This document shows, piece after piece, positions 62,273-64,000 of a stretch of 64,000 nt of DNA (the stretch's first letter is position 1; each line of letters opens with the position of its first letter). Origin of the DNA: Magallana gigas (lineage: Eukaryota); assembly GCF_963853765.1 (NCBI RefSeq), contig NC_088855.1, positions 1,426,001-1,490,000 on the forward strand. The letters are read 5' to 3'. The translations under genes were made by a program, and so were the position numbers. Below the pieces are notes generated by a model that was given only the letters and a program-made list of their open reading frames with translations, did no database searches and was not told the DNA's origin.

Positions 62273-63617
62273 CTATGATATAGGGGTCTTTAGAAACTGC
62301 ATCTCCCCCGACAGAACGTCAGTAATGTGGATACATTTCTTGGCCAGGTCCCCTCCCATCCTTTTGAGGGCTAACTCTGCTGCCTCCCTCACAGATTTAA
62401 TGGGATCATTCCTCCTGAAGTGACAAAGAATTCAGTTTGTAGAGCTGTTGTTAGCTAATACAGACAAATGTTTATGGAACAATTTTATAAATAGTTAAAA
62501 AAAACTGAAAAATGTTATGTATCAAATTGCAAAAATATAAAATCAGGAGCACCAATTTTTTGTTATAATTTCAAGGGTTGCTTCTCACGATTTTACGCTG
62601 ATATTTATTCCTCGCGTTTAATAAAAAATCTACAGAATATATGGTTTTGAATGATTGGCATTTGTTGAAGGAAAGTTGTATTTTTCACAACAAGTCACAT
62701 TCTACATCGAAGTGTAACATTCTGTTGTGACTTAATATTGCAAAACGTTTTGTCAAAAAATGATTAGTTTTATTTTTTATAAAGGAGTTGAGTCTTTTCT
62801 TAATTATCAGTGGAATTAATTCAGTTGCTACAGAATTTATACAAGATAAGTGTAAACTGGGTTATGCAGTTTATAAAAATTGGGCGCCTGTAAAGTACGA
62901 TACGAAATCGAAACGAAACGTAACCAATCGAAACGAAACCAAAAATCGAAACGAAACGAAACGGAATTTAAACAAAACTTATATCAATTTTGACTACATA
63001 AAAGTGAAAATAAATTCATTGAAATAAATTTTTGAATCATAAAATATAACTACCTGTATGTTTCAGATTGCCGCTGTAAATTTTTGAGCCGATTATCCGA
63101 AATTGGCAAAAATTACATAATGATATAATTATGTAAATAACTGATGTACATTCCTATACCTTTAAATGTTTCTAATTTGTTTTACTAAATGATATTCAGA
63201 CGTTTAGAGAGAAAGAGAGAGAGAGAGAGTGATGCCTTAAAACTCATCAGTGACATCACATAGCAACGATTTTTGGTTCGTTTCGTTTCGATTCGATTGG
63301 TTTCGTTTCGTTTCGTTCGGTTTCGTTTCGCACTTTACAGGCGCCCATAAAAATTAAGTTAACCAGCATTTGAGAATAAACTTAACTTCTGTAGCTAGCA
63401 AATTCATTCCTTATAATTCAATTACTAGGTACAAAAAATGATCAGAAATTATTGGAACTTTGCGTCAAGAACACGTACCAGCGGTCAGCCACAGCTAGCT
63501 CGCTCTTCCCACCTGCCTTGAGGTATCCCAGGGCAAGGCAGCCACTCTCCCGGACCAATCGGTCATCATCCTCCAGCATCCCAATAATCTTCTCCACCGT
63601 CATCTTCTGAGCCCGAC
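62273..63617 (-). CDS. HEAT/ARM-repeat protein, last two coding exons (63479-63617, 62273-62414); 5'-partial
   Basis: ccttttcag|GT..TG|gtacgt and cacttcag|G..TAG join in frame: MLEDDDRLVRESGCLALGYLK...RWRNDPIKSVREAAELALKRMG, a HEAT-like D..VR..A..AL motif. Reminiscent of the RIPOR/FAM65 C-terminus but not confirmed. Confidence 0.8.
62882..63346. mobile_element. 465-bp Mutator-like MITE with 9-bp TSD in the last intron of the HEAT gene
   Basis: TIR gggcgcctgtaaagt / actttacaggcgccc, subterminal (CGAAA)n, ataaaaatt duplicated at 62873-62881 and 63347-63355. Confidence 0.9.
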
Positions 63618-63878
63618 CTGAAAAGGTAACACGCATTATTACCTTCATTTGGGATGGACACACATTGGTTAATTTATTACCGGTAAATGGATGTGCACAG
63701 GGATTTTATATAGATCTAGAGCCCCCCCCCCCCCCCCCCCCAAAAAATAATAATAATTATTACAGGTAGTTTTGAGGCAACACTGTGTTAATTGTGTTTT
63801 TCAGTAGCAATTTAAGGGTATTCTTATGAAATTGTGGTCTGCTTTCTATGTCCACCCAGGTCTTGTCTGAGTCAGCCT

Positions 63879-63944
63879 GGGGTCTGCTTGGTGTCAGCTC
63901 TGGGTCCACCATTGCAGATCCAGAGCTGAGACCAAGCAGACCCC
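63879..63944. repeat. GC-rich hairpin (~25-bp arms)
   Basis: ggggtctgcttggtgtcagctctgg / ccagagctgagaccaagcagacccc. Confidence 0.8.
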
Positions 63945-64000
63945 GGTTTTGGTTGGGGTCTGCTTAATCTGTTATGTTGGGTCTGGTCGGTACTGTACAA

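Overview
AT-rich animal genomic DNA, most likely an ostreid oyster (inferred from a 166-bp HindIII/Cg170-type satellite inside Helentron/'pearl'-like elements). It has two assembly gaps (23890-24079, 45026-45180). Three spliced protein-coding genes can be reconstructed by hand. (1) PHLPP on the minus strand: 15 coding exons, 13770 down to 63, encoding RA-like, PH, LRR and the start of the PP2C domain; it runs off the window start. A candidate alternative first coding exon lies about 18 kb further upstream (31564-31666). (2) A four-exon, 523-aa secreted protein with two C-terminal Ig-like domains on the plus strand (45588-48407). (3) The last two coding exons of a HEAT-repeat protein on the minus strand (63617-62273). 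The rest is intron or intergenic DNA rich in minisatellites (about 60 x 53 bp and about 70 x 11 bp, both with higher-order block duplication), MITEs, near-perfect palindromes and Helentron-type satellite carriers. It also holds two unrelated element types carrying tRNA-like Pol III modules: TTAA-flanked TIR elements, and tRNA-containing LTRs (one solo LTR with a 4-bp TSD, one LTR end followed by a Lys-type PBS). No prokaryotic system or CRISPR array is supported. All calls come from manual reading; family names are recognition, not database results.
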